From contig CAWKCE010000005.1 of the NCBI GenBank assembly GCA_963848085.1, positions 146,282-210,281 of the forward strand: DNA of 64,000 nucleotides, given 5' to 3'. Positions 44,530-53,592 of this stretch are shown here, in pieces. Position 1 is the stretch's first letter; each line of letters starts with the position of its first letter. This DNA comes from an uncultured Actinomycetota bacterium. Its GTDB lineage: Bacteria; Actinomycetota; Actinomycetes; JAHEKZ01. The notes below the pieces were generated by a model. The model saw nothing but the letters and a program-made list of their open reading frames with translations. It was not told the DNA's origin and made no database searches. A program made the position numbers and the translations under genes.

Positions 44530-45021
44530 ATGGCCGACTCCTCGTTCGACATCGTGAGCAACGTCGACCGGCAGGAAGTGGACAACGCCCTCAACCAGGC
44601 CGCGAAGGAGATCTCGCAGCGGTTCGACTTCAAGAACACCGGGGCGTCGATCGCCTGGCAAGGCGAAATGGGCGTGGAGATCCGAGCCAACTCCGAGGAG
44701 CGGGCCAAGGCAGTGCTCGACCTGTTCCAGGACAAGCTGGTCAAGCGCAAGGTGTCGTTGAAGCACCTGGACGCCGGCGAGCCGCAGTCCAGCGGCAAGG
44801 AGTACCGGATCGCTGCGACGCTGACGCAGGGAATCTCGCAGGAGAACGCCAAGAAGATCGGCAAGATGATCCGCGACGAAGGCCCCAAGGGCGTCAAGGC
44901 CCAGATCCAGGGCGACGAGCTGCGGGTGTCGAGCAAGAAGCGGGACGACCTTCAGGCAGTGATCGCGCTGCTCAAGGGCAAGGACCTCGACGTCGCCCTG
45001 CAGTTCGTCAACTACCGGTAG
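44530..45021 (+). CDS. yajQ: YajQ family nucleotide-binding protein (UPF0234)
   Basis: [37 protein letters not shown]...; true start internal to ORF-track entry. Confidence 0.85.
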   Translation: MADSSFDIVSNVDRQEVDNALNQAAKEISQRFDFKNTGASIAWQGEMGVEIRANSEERAKAVLDLFQDKLVKRKVSLKHLDAGEPQSSGKEYRIAATLTQGISQENAKKIGKMIRDEGPKGVKAQIQGDELRVSSKKRDDLQAVIALLKGKDLDVALQFVNYR

Positions 45022-45039
45022 TCGACCGAGCCCGCCGCG

Positions 45040-46038
45040 ATGCCGCCGCCTCCCGACCCGTTTGTCGAGCACTCGCTGCGGACATCGCTGTTCTTCCCGC
45101 AGAGCCGACTGTTCGTCGCAGGCAACCCCAAGGCGGCCGGCACGAGCCTGCGCTGGTGGCTTCTGGAGGCCCACGGCGTGGACGTCGCTGCCGCCACCCA
45201 GGAGAGCCTGTGGGGTGAGTCCGCTCCGTTCCAAGCGGTCTGGGACGGCGCGGTGGACCTGCGGTTCACCTGGGACCGACTGTCCGACGTGGAGCGGGAG
45301 GACGCCCTGACCGCCACGGACGTGGTCACCGTCCAGCCAGTACGCCACCCGGTCACCCGTGCGTTCTCGGCCTGGGCCGGCAAGTACCTGACCGCCGAGC
45401 CGTACTACGTCGAGCGGCTGCCGTCGGGATTCGCCGCCCTGCCGGACAGTGTCGAGTCGGAGGAGCAGATTCGCGATCTGTTCACCGACTTCGTCACCGC
45501 TCTCGCCGGCCACGTCGTGGGCGGCGACTCATGGAGCGACATTGACGTCCACTTCTGGCCGCAAGCCCGACTGCTCGCCCGCCCGGCGGCGGGACAGACC
45601 CTGGTGCTCCGCCAGGAACAGCTCGCCGCGGGTCTGCGGCTCGTCGAGGCCCAGCTTCGGGAGCACGGCGTCGACGTCGAGCCGATGCCCCATGTGAACG
45701 AGAACGTGGTCTCGTACCGCGCCGACCTGGTCGACCCGGCCGCCGTCGAGCTGCTCGCGTCGCTGTACTCCGACGACTTCGAAGCCTGGGACTACCCGAC
45801 AACTGCCCCGCAGAAGCACGGGCGTCCCGTCGACCTGGACTGGCTCAACGACGTACGCGGCCGCAACCGCCGCTACGGCGTGGTGCACCGGGCCGCCACG
45901 GCCGAGCGTCACCGTGCCGAGCGCGCGGAACACGAGCTGGCCGCGGCCCGACGCCGGGAGACCGAGCTGACCGCCAGCCACTCGTGGCGGGTGACCCGCC
46001 CGCTGCGTTGGGCGTCGGAGCGGGCCAGACGGCGCTGA
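45040..46038 (+). CDS. hypothetical protein, possible sulfotransferase-family (PAPS-binding P-loop-like NPKAAGTS)
   Basis: 5'-PSB-like motif only; weak. Confidence 0.35.
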   Translation: MPPPPDPFVEHSLRTSLFFPQSRLFVAGNPKAAGTSLRWWLLEAHGVDVAAATQESLWGESAPFQAVWDGAVDLRFTWDRLSDVEREDALTATDVVTVQPVRHPVTRAFSAWAGKYLTAEPYYVERLPSGFAALPDSVESEEQIRDLFTDFVTALAGHVVGGDSWSDIDVHFWPQARLLARPAAGQTLVLRQEQLAAGLRLVEAQLREHGVDVEPMPHVNENVVSYRADLVDPAAVELLASLYSDDFEAWDYPTTAPQKHGRPVDLDWLNDVRGRNRRYGVVHRAATAERHRAERAEHELAAARRRETELTASHSWRVTRPLRWASERARRR

Positions 46039-46054
46039 CTTCGCCCCATTCGGA

Positions 46055-46915
46055 TCAGCGGTAGCCGGCCATCTCCTCGAGCCTCGCCACCCGGTCGGAG
46101 ATCGGGGGGTGCGTGGAGAACAGGTTCGCCATCCCGCCGACCCGGAACGGGTTGGCGATCATCAACGCGCTCGCGGTCTCCAGCTCGGGTGACGGCGCGA
46201 GCGGGGCGGCCTGCGTGCCCTGCTCCAGCTTGCGCAGGGCGCTCGCCAGCGCCATCGGGTCGCCCGTGATCGTGGCCCCCGTCTGGTCGGCCTGGTACTC
46301 CCGCGAGCGGCTGATCGCGAACTGCAGCAGCCCGGCCGCCACCGGCCCGAGGATCATGAGCAGCAGGGCCCCCAGCGGGTTGCCACGTCCTCCGCCGCGT
46401 CCACCCATGGGGATCAGCCACGCGAAGTTGGCCACGAAGACGATCACCGAGGCGAGTGTGGCCGCCACCGACGCGATGAGGATGTCGCGGTTGTAGACGT
46501 GCGCGAGCTCGTGAGCCAGCACGCCCTTCAGCTCACGGTCGTCGAGCAGCTGCAGGATGCCCTCCGTGCAGCAGACCGCTGCGTTCTGCGGGTTGCGACC
46601 GGTGGCAAAGGCGTTGGGGGCCATCGTCGGCGAGATGTACAGAGCAGGCATCGGCTGGTTCTGCCCCACGGCGAGGTTCTGGACCACCCGGTACATCGTG
46701 GGCTGCTCGGCCTCGGTCACCGGTCGCGCGTGCATGGCGCGCAGCGCGAGCTTGCCCGAGTTCCAGTAGGAGTACCCGTTCATCGCCAACGCGATCACGA
46801 GCGCGATGACCAGGCCGGTGCTGCCACCGAGCCACGCGCCGATGCCCAGGATGAGGGCGGACAGCCCGCCGAGGAGGACGGCCGTCTTCAGCCCGTTGAA
46901 GTAGTTGCGCTGCAT
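46055..46915 (-). CDS. htpX: zinc metalloprotease HtpX (M48); start Met at MQRNYFNGLKT, alternative TTG at 46945
   Basis: HELAHVYNRD HExxH motif and TM topology. Confidence 0.88.
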   Translation of the reverse strand: MQRNYFNGLKTAVLLGGLSALILGIGAWLGGSTGLVIALVIALAMNGYSYWNSGKLALRAMHARPVTEAEQPTMYRVVQNLAVGQNQPMPALYISPTMAPNAFATGRNPQNAAVCCTEGILQLLDDRELKGVLAHELAHVYNRDILIASVAATLASVIVFVANFAWLIPMGGRGGGRGNPLGALLLMILGPVAAGLLQFAISRSREYQADQTGATITGDPMALASALRKLEQGTQAAPLAPSPELETASALMIANPFRVGGMANLFSTHPPISDRVARLEEMAGYR

Positions 46916-47025
46916 CCCTTGGTTATAACCCGTCGACGGCTCCAAGTGCCAATGGGAACCGGCCAGGAAGACCGCCCTCGCTCGGACCTGGCGTCACGGC
47001 CACCATCAGCGCTCCCGGCGCGACC

Positions 47026-47949
47026 CTAGGGTTCGTGACCGATCCGATCGCTCGATCTGGGCGCTGCGTCGGGGATGCGGCGCCCCTCAAAGACGCCGAG
47101 CGCTCCCATGGCCCCGATCACGAGCACCGCACCCAGGGCCTGCCGAGCACCTAGCTTCTCGCCCAGAAGCAGCCCACTGAAGATGAGTCCGAACACCGGT
47201 ACCAACGTGAGGAACATGCCGGCGTGTGCCGCCGATGTGCGTCGAAGTCCCGCGACGTAGAAGAGGAAGGCGACGCCGTAGTAGAGGCCTCCGCCCAGAA
47301 TGGCGCTCAGCGTCTGTCCAGCAGTGGGAGTGTGCCAAGGCAGACGGATGGCACCGTCAACGGCCGCCACTGCCACGGCGAACGTCAGTGCTGCCACCTG
47401 CTGGACGAACACAACGCTGAGCGTCCCGTCGGCCAGGTGCATGCGGCGCAACAGAATCGAGTACAGCGCACACGCGAAGACGGCCGCGAATGTCAGAAGG
47501 ACGCCCGCGAGCGAGGTTGCGCTAGCAGGGCCCCCAACAATCAGGGTCACCCCCAGCATTGCCCCTGCCAGGCAGACGACCGCATATCCCGCGATGGTCT
47601 CGCGTAGGAAGATGAATGCCATCAGCACGATCAGGACCGGTTCCGTGGCCCAGATGATCACCGAGACTGAGGCGTCGATCCGCGCTAGCCCCAGCAGCCC
47701 GAGCGCGTAGGCGACTCCCGGGTTGAGTACGCCGAGCCACGCGATGCGAGCCGGCTGGTGCATCCCACGCAGGCTGGTCTTCGAGACCGAGACAAACCCC
47801 AGGAGCAGGAGAACGCTGACCAGCAACTGAAACGGAAGAAGCACGGTCGCGTCGTAGCCGCCAAGTGCGTACTTGCTGAGGACCGTGCCCAAGCCCCAAG
47901 AAGCGGCAGCTGCGATCAGGAAGGCGTGGTTTGTTCGTGCCTGGGACAT
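47026..47949 (-). CDS. EamA/DMT-family transporter
   Basis: 10-TM hydrophobic profile, two EamA-like halves; AGGAG SD. Confidence 0.75.
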   Translation of the reverse strand: MSQARTNHAFLIAAAASWGLGTVLSKYALGGYDATVLLPFQLLVSVLLLLGFVSVSKTSLRGMHQPARIAWLGVLNPGVAYALGLLGLARIDASVSVIIWATEPVLIVLMAFIFLRETIAGYAVVCLAGAMLGVTLIVGGPASATSLAGVLLTFAAVFACALYSILLRRMHLADGTLSVVFVQQVAALTFAVAVAAVDGAIRLPWHTPTAGQTLSAILGGGLYYGVAFLFYVAGLRRTSAAHAGMFLTLVPVFGLIFSGLLLGEKLGARQALGAVLVIGAMGALGVFEGRRIPDAAPRSSDRIGHEP

Positions 47950-48159
47950 GAGACTCCTGCGAGAAGAAGGGCGCGGCGCATCTGCTTGCCCTTAGTCAGC
48001 GCAGTCATCGCAGCAGTCGTACCCGGGCAGGCGCGGTCGACGGCCATCGCTCCGGTACATGTCTCGAACTGTAGGCCGGCACCCACCGGCAGGGAAGGGT
48101 GGACGTTCCTTGTCAGTCAGCCAAGCCGCGATCCCCGAGGGACCTTTGACGGCGGCTCA

Positions 48160-48385
48160 CTGCTATCCCCGGATGTCTGCACGTGGCTCAGGACAGACAT
48201 GCAGCGCCGCAGCCCGGCGCTGTCGGGCATTGACTGGGGCGCTCGATAACCCGGGACGATCACGAGCCTCCGTCGGCCGGCCGCCGCTGGCGAGACAGGT
48301 GAGGAGCGTGGGGTTACCCGCCCCGGTGCACCGCCCAGCGCTGTGTGAGGGCGAGGCGCACATAACGGCACCTCGGTTCGCTCGG
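48160..48385 (+). repeat. degenerate/composite copy of the 48-64 kb repeat family (conserved boxes GGATGTCT..., GTGGGGTT..., GCGCACATAACGGCACCTCGGTTCG; 5' module rearranged)
   Basis: Alignment by eye to copies at 50066, 52621 etc. Confidence 0.6.
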
Positions 48386-48393
48386 TGGCTCAT

Positions 48394-49383
48394 TCAGTCG
48401 GGGCCGCACGAGACCAGGATCTTGCCCGAACGTCCCCCGCGTGCTGCGTGCGCCACGGCCTCCTTGATTCTGCTCAGTGGGTAGACCTCCTCGACCTCTA
48501 CGGACAGGGCACCCTCGGCGAGCATTGACGCGAGCATCCGATACAACGTCGCGATCTCATCCGGCGGCGTCTCCGCGAACCAGCGGCGCAGCCAGAAGCC
48601 GGTCAAGGTCACGCCCCGGAAGATCAACTCGCGGCCGTCGATCATCGACGACTGGCCACTCAGGATGCCGTAGTTCACCACGGTGCCACCATCGGTCAAG
48701 CAATGCGCCAGGCTCTGGGTAGCCGCCCCACCAACCGCGTCGAGGGCGAGCGGCACGACTCCGTCGCCGATCACATCGCGGACGCGAGCAGCAAGTTCTG
48801 GACCATCGAGGACCACTACGTCGGCCCCGCCAGCACTTAGCGGCTCGATGAGTTGCGGCCTGCGGACCACGTTGATGCTCTTCATGCCGATCTCGCGGGC
48901 GAGCTCGGTGACCAGGCGCCCGACTCCGGAGTTTGCGGCGTTCTGCACCACCCAATGACCGGGCTCTGGAGCGACGAAATGGTGGAGCAACAGATAGGCG
49001 GTGGGCGGGTTGACCCTCAGCATGGCGAGTTGGCGAGGGTCGACTCCGCTGGGCAAGGCAAACACGGAGGCGGCGTTGCAGACCACACGTTCCCGCCAGG
49101 CGCCGGGACCGGGCAGCAACACCCGATCCCCGGCTTCCACGTGTGTCACGCCCGGGCCGACCATCGCCACAACCCCGACTCCTTCTGTGCCCACGACCAT
49201 CGGAAGGGCTGGGGGCGTCGCGCCGTAGTTCCCTGCCAAGTTCTCCAGGTCAGCGGGATTGATCGGGAACAGCTCCGCCTCGATCAGCACCTCACCGGCA
49301 CCCGGCCCACCCGGATCGGGCCGCTCGACAAGCTCGATCACCTCGTCAGCTCTGCCAAACCTCGACAACTGAGCAACCAGCAT
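48394..49383 (-). CDS. zinc-type alcohol dehydrogenase / quinone oxidoreductase (MDR superfamily); ATG start with GAGGGAG SD
   Basis: MDR fold with nucleotide-binding segment VVQNAANSGVG. Confidence 0.8.
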   Translation of the reverse strand: MLVAQLSRFGRADEVIELVERPDPGGPGAGEVLIEAELFPINPADLENLAGNYGATPPALPMVVGTEGVGVVAMVGPGVTHVEAGDRVLLPGPGAWRERVVCNAASVFALPSGVDPRQLAMLRVNPPTAYLLLHHFVAPEPGHWVVQNAANSGVGRLVTELAREIGMKSINVVRRPQLIEPLSAGGADVVVLDGPELAARVRDVIGDGVVPLALDAVGGAATQSLAHCLTDGGTVVNYGILSGQSSMIDGRELIFRGVTLTGFWLRRWFAETPPDEIATLYRMLASMLAEGALSVEVEEVYPLSRIKEAVAHAARGGRSGKILVSCGPD

Positions 49384-49592
49384 GGGCAGCTCCCTCGAAA
49401 CCGACACGCACGGACAAACTCGATCATGCCCCTGCGGCCCCCACAGGAAAGCCGGATCGCACCTATGCGCGGGTCGTCACCTCAGCGGCGGTCCGGCGGG
49501 TCATCCTGCCCGACAAAGCAGGTCCGAATGCCGGTCGACCCCCAGGAAGGCGATCGAGAACGGCACTTCGGTCCGCGGTGGACGGGTGGTGC

Positions 49593-50057
49593 TCAGTCCA
49601 CGACGCTCGGGTTGTCGTCTGGGTTAAACACCGCGATCTCGTCGGCGTTGAGGTCGCACTCTTCTGGGAGGTCGAGGGTGACATCGGCTGAGTCGGGCCG
49701 GGAGTAGCCACCTGTGCCCTTCACCGTCTGCCCCTCGGCGACCAGCGCGCCGGACGGCAGGCGCACCGAGAGCGGGTCGTCGTCCACGAGCTCAGTGCCG
49801 CTGGGCCAGATCGCCGCGACCACCCGGTCCGGTGCATCTGGAGATGCCAGGCCGACGCATCCGTTCTTCACGGTCAGCGTGCCGGCGATCAGCGCATCTA
49901 CGCCTCCTCGGGGCAGCAGGGAGCCGTCATGGACGAGCAGGGTGGCGCTCCCCTGCGTCGTAACCGACTGCCCGCCGCCGCATCCGCTCACCGACGCACT
50001 CAGCACCAGAGCGACGATCACCGGTCCGATGGTCCTCTTGACCTGGATAGCCCCCAC
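49593..50057 (-). CDS. hypothetical lipoprotein (GTG start; signal peptide with VSGC lipobox)
   Basis: N-terminal KRTIGPVIVALVLSASVSGC. Confidence 0.55.
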   Translation of the reverse strand: MGAIQVKRTIGPVIVALVLSASVSGCGGGQSVTTQGSATLLVHDGSLLPRGGVDALIAGTLTVKNGCVGLASPDAPDRVVAAIWPSGTELVDDDPLSVRLPSGALVAEGQTVKGTGGYSRPDSADVTLDLPEECDLNADEIAVFNPDDNPSVVD

Positions 50058-50065
50058 GCGATTCA

Positions 50066-50197
50066 GAATGCCGGATATCGCGCGGATCCGGGACCGGAGC
50101 CAGGGGGTGTCTTAACGATGTGTGGGGTTGCCGGCCTGCGTGCACCGCCCAGACGCTGTGTGAGGGCGAGGCGCACATAGCGGCACTTCGGTTCGGT
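50066..50197 (+). repeat. repeat family copy 1 (reference copy): 5' hairpin CCGGAT-N7-ATCCGG, box GAGCCAGGGGGTGTCTTAACGATGTGTGGGGTT, GC-rich variable centre, 3' box GCGCACATAGCGGCACTTCGGTTCGG
   Basis: Seen directly; non-coding (reading frames not conserved between copies). Confidence 0.85.
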
Positions 50198-50280
50198 CGA
50201 CCGCCGGCTCGTCAGAGGAAATGATCTCCGTTAATGGACACTCACGTCGTAGCAGTTCTGGGGAGGCCCGCTGGTCGGAG

Positions 50281-51300
50281 CTATCTGGTGGGCTGCAGCC
50301 GGACGTGCGTCGCGCCAGTCAGGCCCGGCCCCACCCTCCCGTCGAGCTCGACCCGGACCGCTTCGCGGCCGGTCGCTGAGTCCTGCGTCGCGTAGATCGC
50401 GGTCCCATCGGGCGCCCAGCTGGGCTGCCACACGTGCACGCCCCGGTCGACCGACGTCAGCTGGCGCCCCTCGGAGCCGTCCGGGGCCACGGTCCACAGG
50501 TCCCAGGTGTCGGCCCAGTCCGGCTGGTCGGCGGCGTACTGGACGGTCTCGACGCTGTAGACGATCGCGGATCCGTCGGGACTCCAGTCCGGGTAGTAGG
50601 CGTAGTCCTTGTAGTCGGTGAGCACCGTGGGCTTGCCGCCTGCCAGCGCAACGACGGCGATCGCGGACCCGGTCTCGTCCCCGTTGGCGTCGAAGCGGTC
50701 AATGCCGTAGACGAGCTGCTTGCCATCCGGTGACCACCTCGCGACGTCGACCAAGCGAGGCGAGGAGTCCTGGACGACCTGGCTCATCGTCCCCGACTGC
50801 AGGTCGAGGACCTCGATCGAGGAGGACTTAGGCGGTCCGTCGCGACCGGGTACGTACTGCGTGAACAGGATGCTGAGGCCGTCTGGAGACCACGCCGGGT
50901 AGTCGCAGTCCGAGCAGTCGTGCACGCGCTTCGCTGCAGTACCGTCGGGCGCCATGACCCACAGGCCGGACTTCTGGTCGGCGAAGACGACCCTCGTACC
51001 GTCGGGGGACCAGTCGGGGTGGAAGCCCTGAGCCACCCCTTCGGGGAGCACGTCGCGAGATCCACTCCCGTCGTTGCCCGCGAAGGTCACGCTGTCTCCA
51101 CCCTGAGATCCTTGCCACTGGTACACGAGCAGTGCCCCGGTTGGTACAACCCCGCCGGAGGAGCCCGACTGCGCGGGTGATGAATTCCCGCTTGGCGAGC
51201 CCGGACTCGTGGGCGCGACGGAGCCTCCCGAAGAGCACCCGACCACGACGGCCGCCGTCGCCGCCGCCGCACACGCCAACAGCCTGAGTCGTCGAACCAT
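50281..51300 (-). CDS. TolB-like beta-propeller lipoprotein (PD40/WD40-like repeats)
   Basis: Repeated WSPDG / PDWSPDG blades; lipoprotein signal AAVVVGCSSG; GGAGGG SD. Confidence 0.7.
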   Translation of the reverse strand: MVRRLRLLACAAAATAAVVVGCSSGGSVAPTSPGSPSGNSSPAQSGSSGGVVPTGALLVYQWQGSQGGDSVTFAGNDGSGSRDVLPEGVAQGFHPDWSPDGTRVVFADQKSGLWVMAPDGTAAKRVHDCSDCDYPAWSPDGLSILFTQYVPGRDGPPKSSSIEVLDLQSGTMSQVVQDSSPRLVDVARWSPDGKQLVYGIDRFDANGDETGSAIAVVALAGGKPTVLTDYKDYAYYPDWSPDGSAIVYSVETVQYAADQPDWADTWDLWTVAPDGSEGRQLTSVDRGVHVWQPSWAPDGTAIYATQDSATGREAVRVELDGRVGPGLTGATHVRLQPTR

Positions 51301-51379
51301 CGCGTCGCCCTCCATGGTGGTGCGCGCCCCAGTGGGCGCACGCCCTACCTGGTTTGAGGCACGACCCAGCGCCGAGGTT

Positions 51380-52306
51380 TCACGCCCTCACGGACGAGAT
51401 GCGGCCGGTGTAGGAGAGCGGGAGCTGATGGATGAGCTCCTCGTGGATCCGAGCGGCCACTCCTCCAACGTCAGGCACGGAGGTCTCGCGCAAGCGCAGC
51501 CGCAGACGGTCGCCGTCGCGATGCACGTCGTACGAGGTGTCACTCGGTGGATCTGGCACCTGGTGATGTGTGAGCACGGTCCCGATCAGCTGGTGCGCGC
51601 CGTTGTCGAAATGCTCGCCTGCGGCGGTGCCGAACCAGAAGGCTCCGTTGGCCACCTCGAGCACCCAGCGGGTCTTGCCGCGCGGCATGTGTTCCAGGAT
51701 CGCTTCGGTCTGGTCGCTGAAACGGTGCTCGCGCATCCACGCTGCGCACCAATCCGGCCCGACCAGCTCCTCGCTGACCCAGCGACCCGACATATCCCCG
51801 AGCCGCGACGCCAGTGCGATCCGAGCCCGCCGCAGCCACGTCTTCACAGTGGCCTCGGGGACTCCCAGCTCTCGGGCCACCTGCGCGACCGGGAGGTCCG
51901 CGAGGTAGTGGAGCTTCACCGCGGCGGCGTGCCTCGTCGGCAACGCCGCGATCGCGCGTAGAAGGTCGTCGTCGACAGGGCTCAGGAAGCTGTACGTCTG
52001 ACGCCCGGCCTCCGCTTCGGCCTCCCGAGGCACTCGCCGCGCCTCGCGCTGTGTCGTGCGCCAGGCCAAGCGCGTCGCCACCATCGTGATCCACGCCAGA
52101 GGCTCGTCGCACCTGGCGACGTCGGACCAACGGCGCGCGGCGATCGCATAAGCCTCCTGGACGACGTCGTCCGCCTGCTCTCGGCAGATCGGGCGCAAAG
52201 ACCGGACCAGCCGCGCCGCGTCGGAGGCGTACAGCTGGCCTAGGTCCGGTGGTTGGTCTGCCACCCCGCCATTGTCGGGCCTCTCCGCCGGCGAGCGAAA
52301 GCGCAT
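51380..52306 (-). CDS. ECF-type sigma-70 factor with ~150-aa C-terminal extension; start uncertain
   Basis: Region 2 (DVVQEAYAIAARRW) and region 4 HTH (LPVAQVARELGVPEATVKTWLRRARIAL) followed by extra domain. Confidence 0.7.
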   Translation of the reverse strand: MRFRSPAERPDNGGVADQPPDLGQLYASDAARLVRSLRPICREQADDVVQEAYAIAARRWSDVARCDEPLAWITMVATRLAWRTTQREARRVPREAEAEAGRQTYSFLSPVDDDLLRAIAALPTRHAAAVKLHYLADLPVAQVARELGVPEATVKTWLRRARIALASRLGDMSGRWVSEELVGPDWCAAWMREHRFSDQTEAILEHMPRGKTRWVLEVANGAFWFGTAAGEHFDNGAHQLIGTVLTHHQVPDPPSDTSYDVHRDGDRLRLRLRETSVPDVGGVAARIHEELIHQLPLSYTGRISSVRA

Positions 52307-52620
52307 TGAAGCGCTGAGCCGGAACGTATGACGGCTCCAGCCGAGCGGGGGGAGAGTCCTACCGGTACTACTCGGGTAGCCGGATGACGGAGTGTCAGCA
52401 TGTCGGCCGCGTGGCCGACGAGTTCTCGACGGCCACGCCAAGTCTGACGGCATCGAGCCGCAGTCGCGCTGGCCCCTGCTGGCCGGCCACTGCGGCCAGG
52501 GGCGCTGACCGGCTGCCTAACCGCAGAGACATCACAGAGCGGGACGCAGCTACCGACCGTCTTGGTGCCGCTCACCTGGTGCTCCGACTGCTCCGCCCGC
52601 GTCGGTGCAGTTGAGCAGCC

Positions 52621-52766
52621 TAATGCCGGATCTTGGGCGGATCCGGGACGACGAGCCAGGGGATGTCTTCACGATGTGTGGCGTTACCCGCCCCGGTGCA
52701 CCGCCTCGGGGCATCGCCCAGGCGCTCCGCGAAGGCGCGGGGCATAACGGCACATCTGCGCGTCGC
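52621..52766 (+). repeat. repeat family copy 2 (longer variable centre)
   Basis: taatgCCGGATcttgggcGGATCCGGGAC...GAGCCAGGGGATGTCTTCACGATGTGTGGCGTT...GGCATAACGGCACATCTGCG. Confidence 0.85.
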
Positions 52767-52794
52767 CCGGGGTCCGGACACGTAGCCTGCGGGC

Positions 52795-53148
52795 ATGGAG
52801 AGGACCTCCGACGCCGTAGACGAGTACATGGCGAGCCTGGAAGGCGATGCGCACACGATCGCTCAGGAAGTTCGGCAGATCATCCAACGTGCAGCACCTG
52901 GGATCCACGAGACGCTGCGCTACCAGATGCCGTGCTTCGCGATCGACGGGCAGTACCTGGTCTACCTAGGGGCGTGGAAGAAGCACCTCGGCCTCTATCC
53001 GATCCCGACCCTCGACGGCGAGCTCGAGCGCGATCTCGCGCCCTACCGTGCCGCCACAGACACCGTTCGCTTCCCCTACCGCCAGGCGATCCCCTACGAC
53101 CTCATCGAACGACTCGTCGCGGCACTTGTGGATCGGATACGTGACTGA
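52795..53148 (+). CDS. DUF1801 (YdhG-like) family protein
   Basis: LRYQMPCFAIDGQYLVYLGAWKKHLGLYP motif. Confidence 0.7.
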   Translation: MERTSDAVDEYMASLEGDAHTIAQEVRQIIQRAAPGIHETLRYQMPCFAIDGQYLVYLGAWKKHLGLYPIPTLDGELERDLAPYRAATDTVRFPYRQAIPYDLIERLVAALVDRIRD

Positions 53149-53317
53149 CCGCCAGCCCTGAGACCGAGTGCGTCTGTCGGGCGGGCACGAATGCAGAGCC
53201 GTCTGTCCAGAATCGAGGCAGAACGGCACGTCTGTTCGCGCAGCCATGCGGTCTGCACCGGCCCAGTTGTAGCCTGCGCGAGAGGCCGTCGGGTCGTCAG
53301 GGCTCGACCAGTCCTTG

Positions 53318-53590
53318 ATGGAGGGTTCTGTGGCGATCAAGGTCGTTGTCGAGTTCCAGGCCGAGCCGGGTGCACGCGCGGAACTCATGAGTCTGCTCGC
53401 GAGCATCTCAGCGACACATCAGCCGACAACCCCCGGATTTATCGGCAGCTCGGTGTATGAGGTGCTGGACAACCCTGACGGCGTCATCGAGATCGCCGAG
53501 TGGGAGTCAGCGGAGGCGCAGGCCGCCGCTGCCGAACAAGCGATGGGTCTGGGGGTCGGACCCTCCCCCTACGCGCCGTACCGGGAGTAA
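53318..53590 (+). CDS. antibiotic-biosynthesis-monooxygenase (ABM) domain protein
   Basis: ~90-aa ferredoxin-like ABM pattern (IKVVVEFQAEPGARAEL...VIEIAEWESAEAQAA). Confidence 0.65.
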   Translation: MEGSVAIKVVVEFQAEPGARAELMSLLASISATHQPTTPGFIGSSVYEVLDNPDGVIEIAEWESAEAQAAAAEQAMGLGVGPSPYAPYRE

Positions 53591-53592
53591 CC

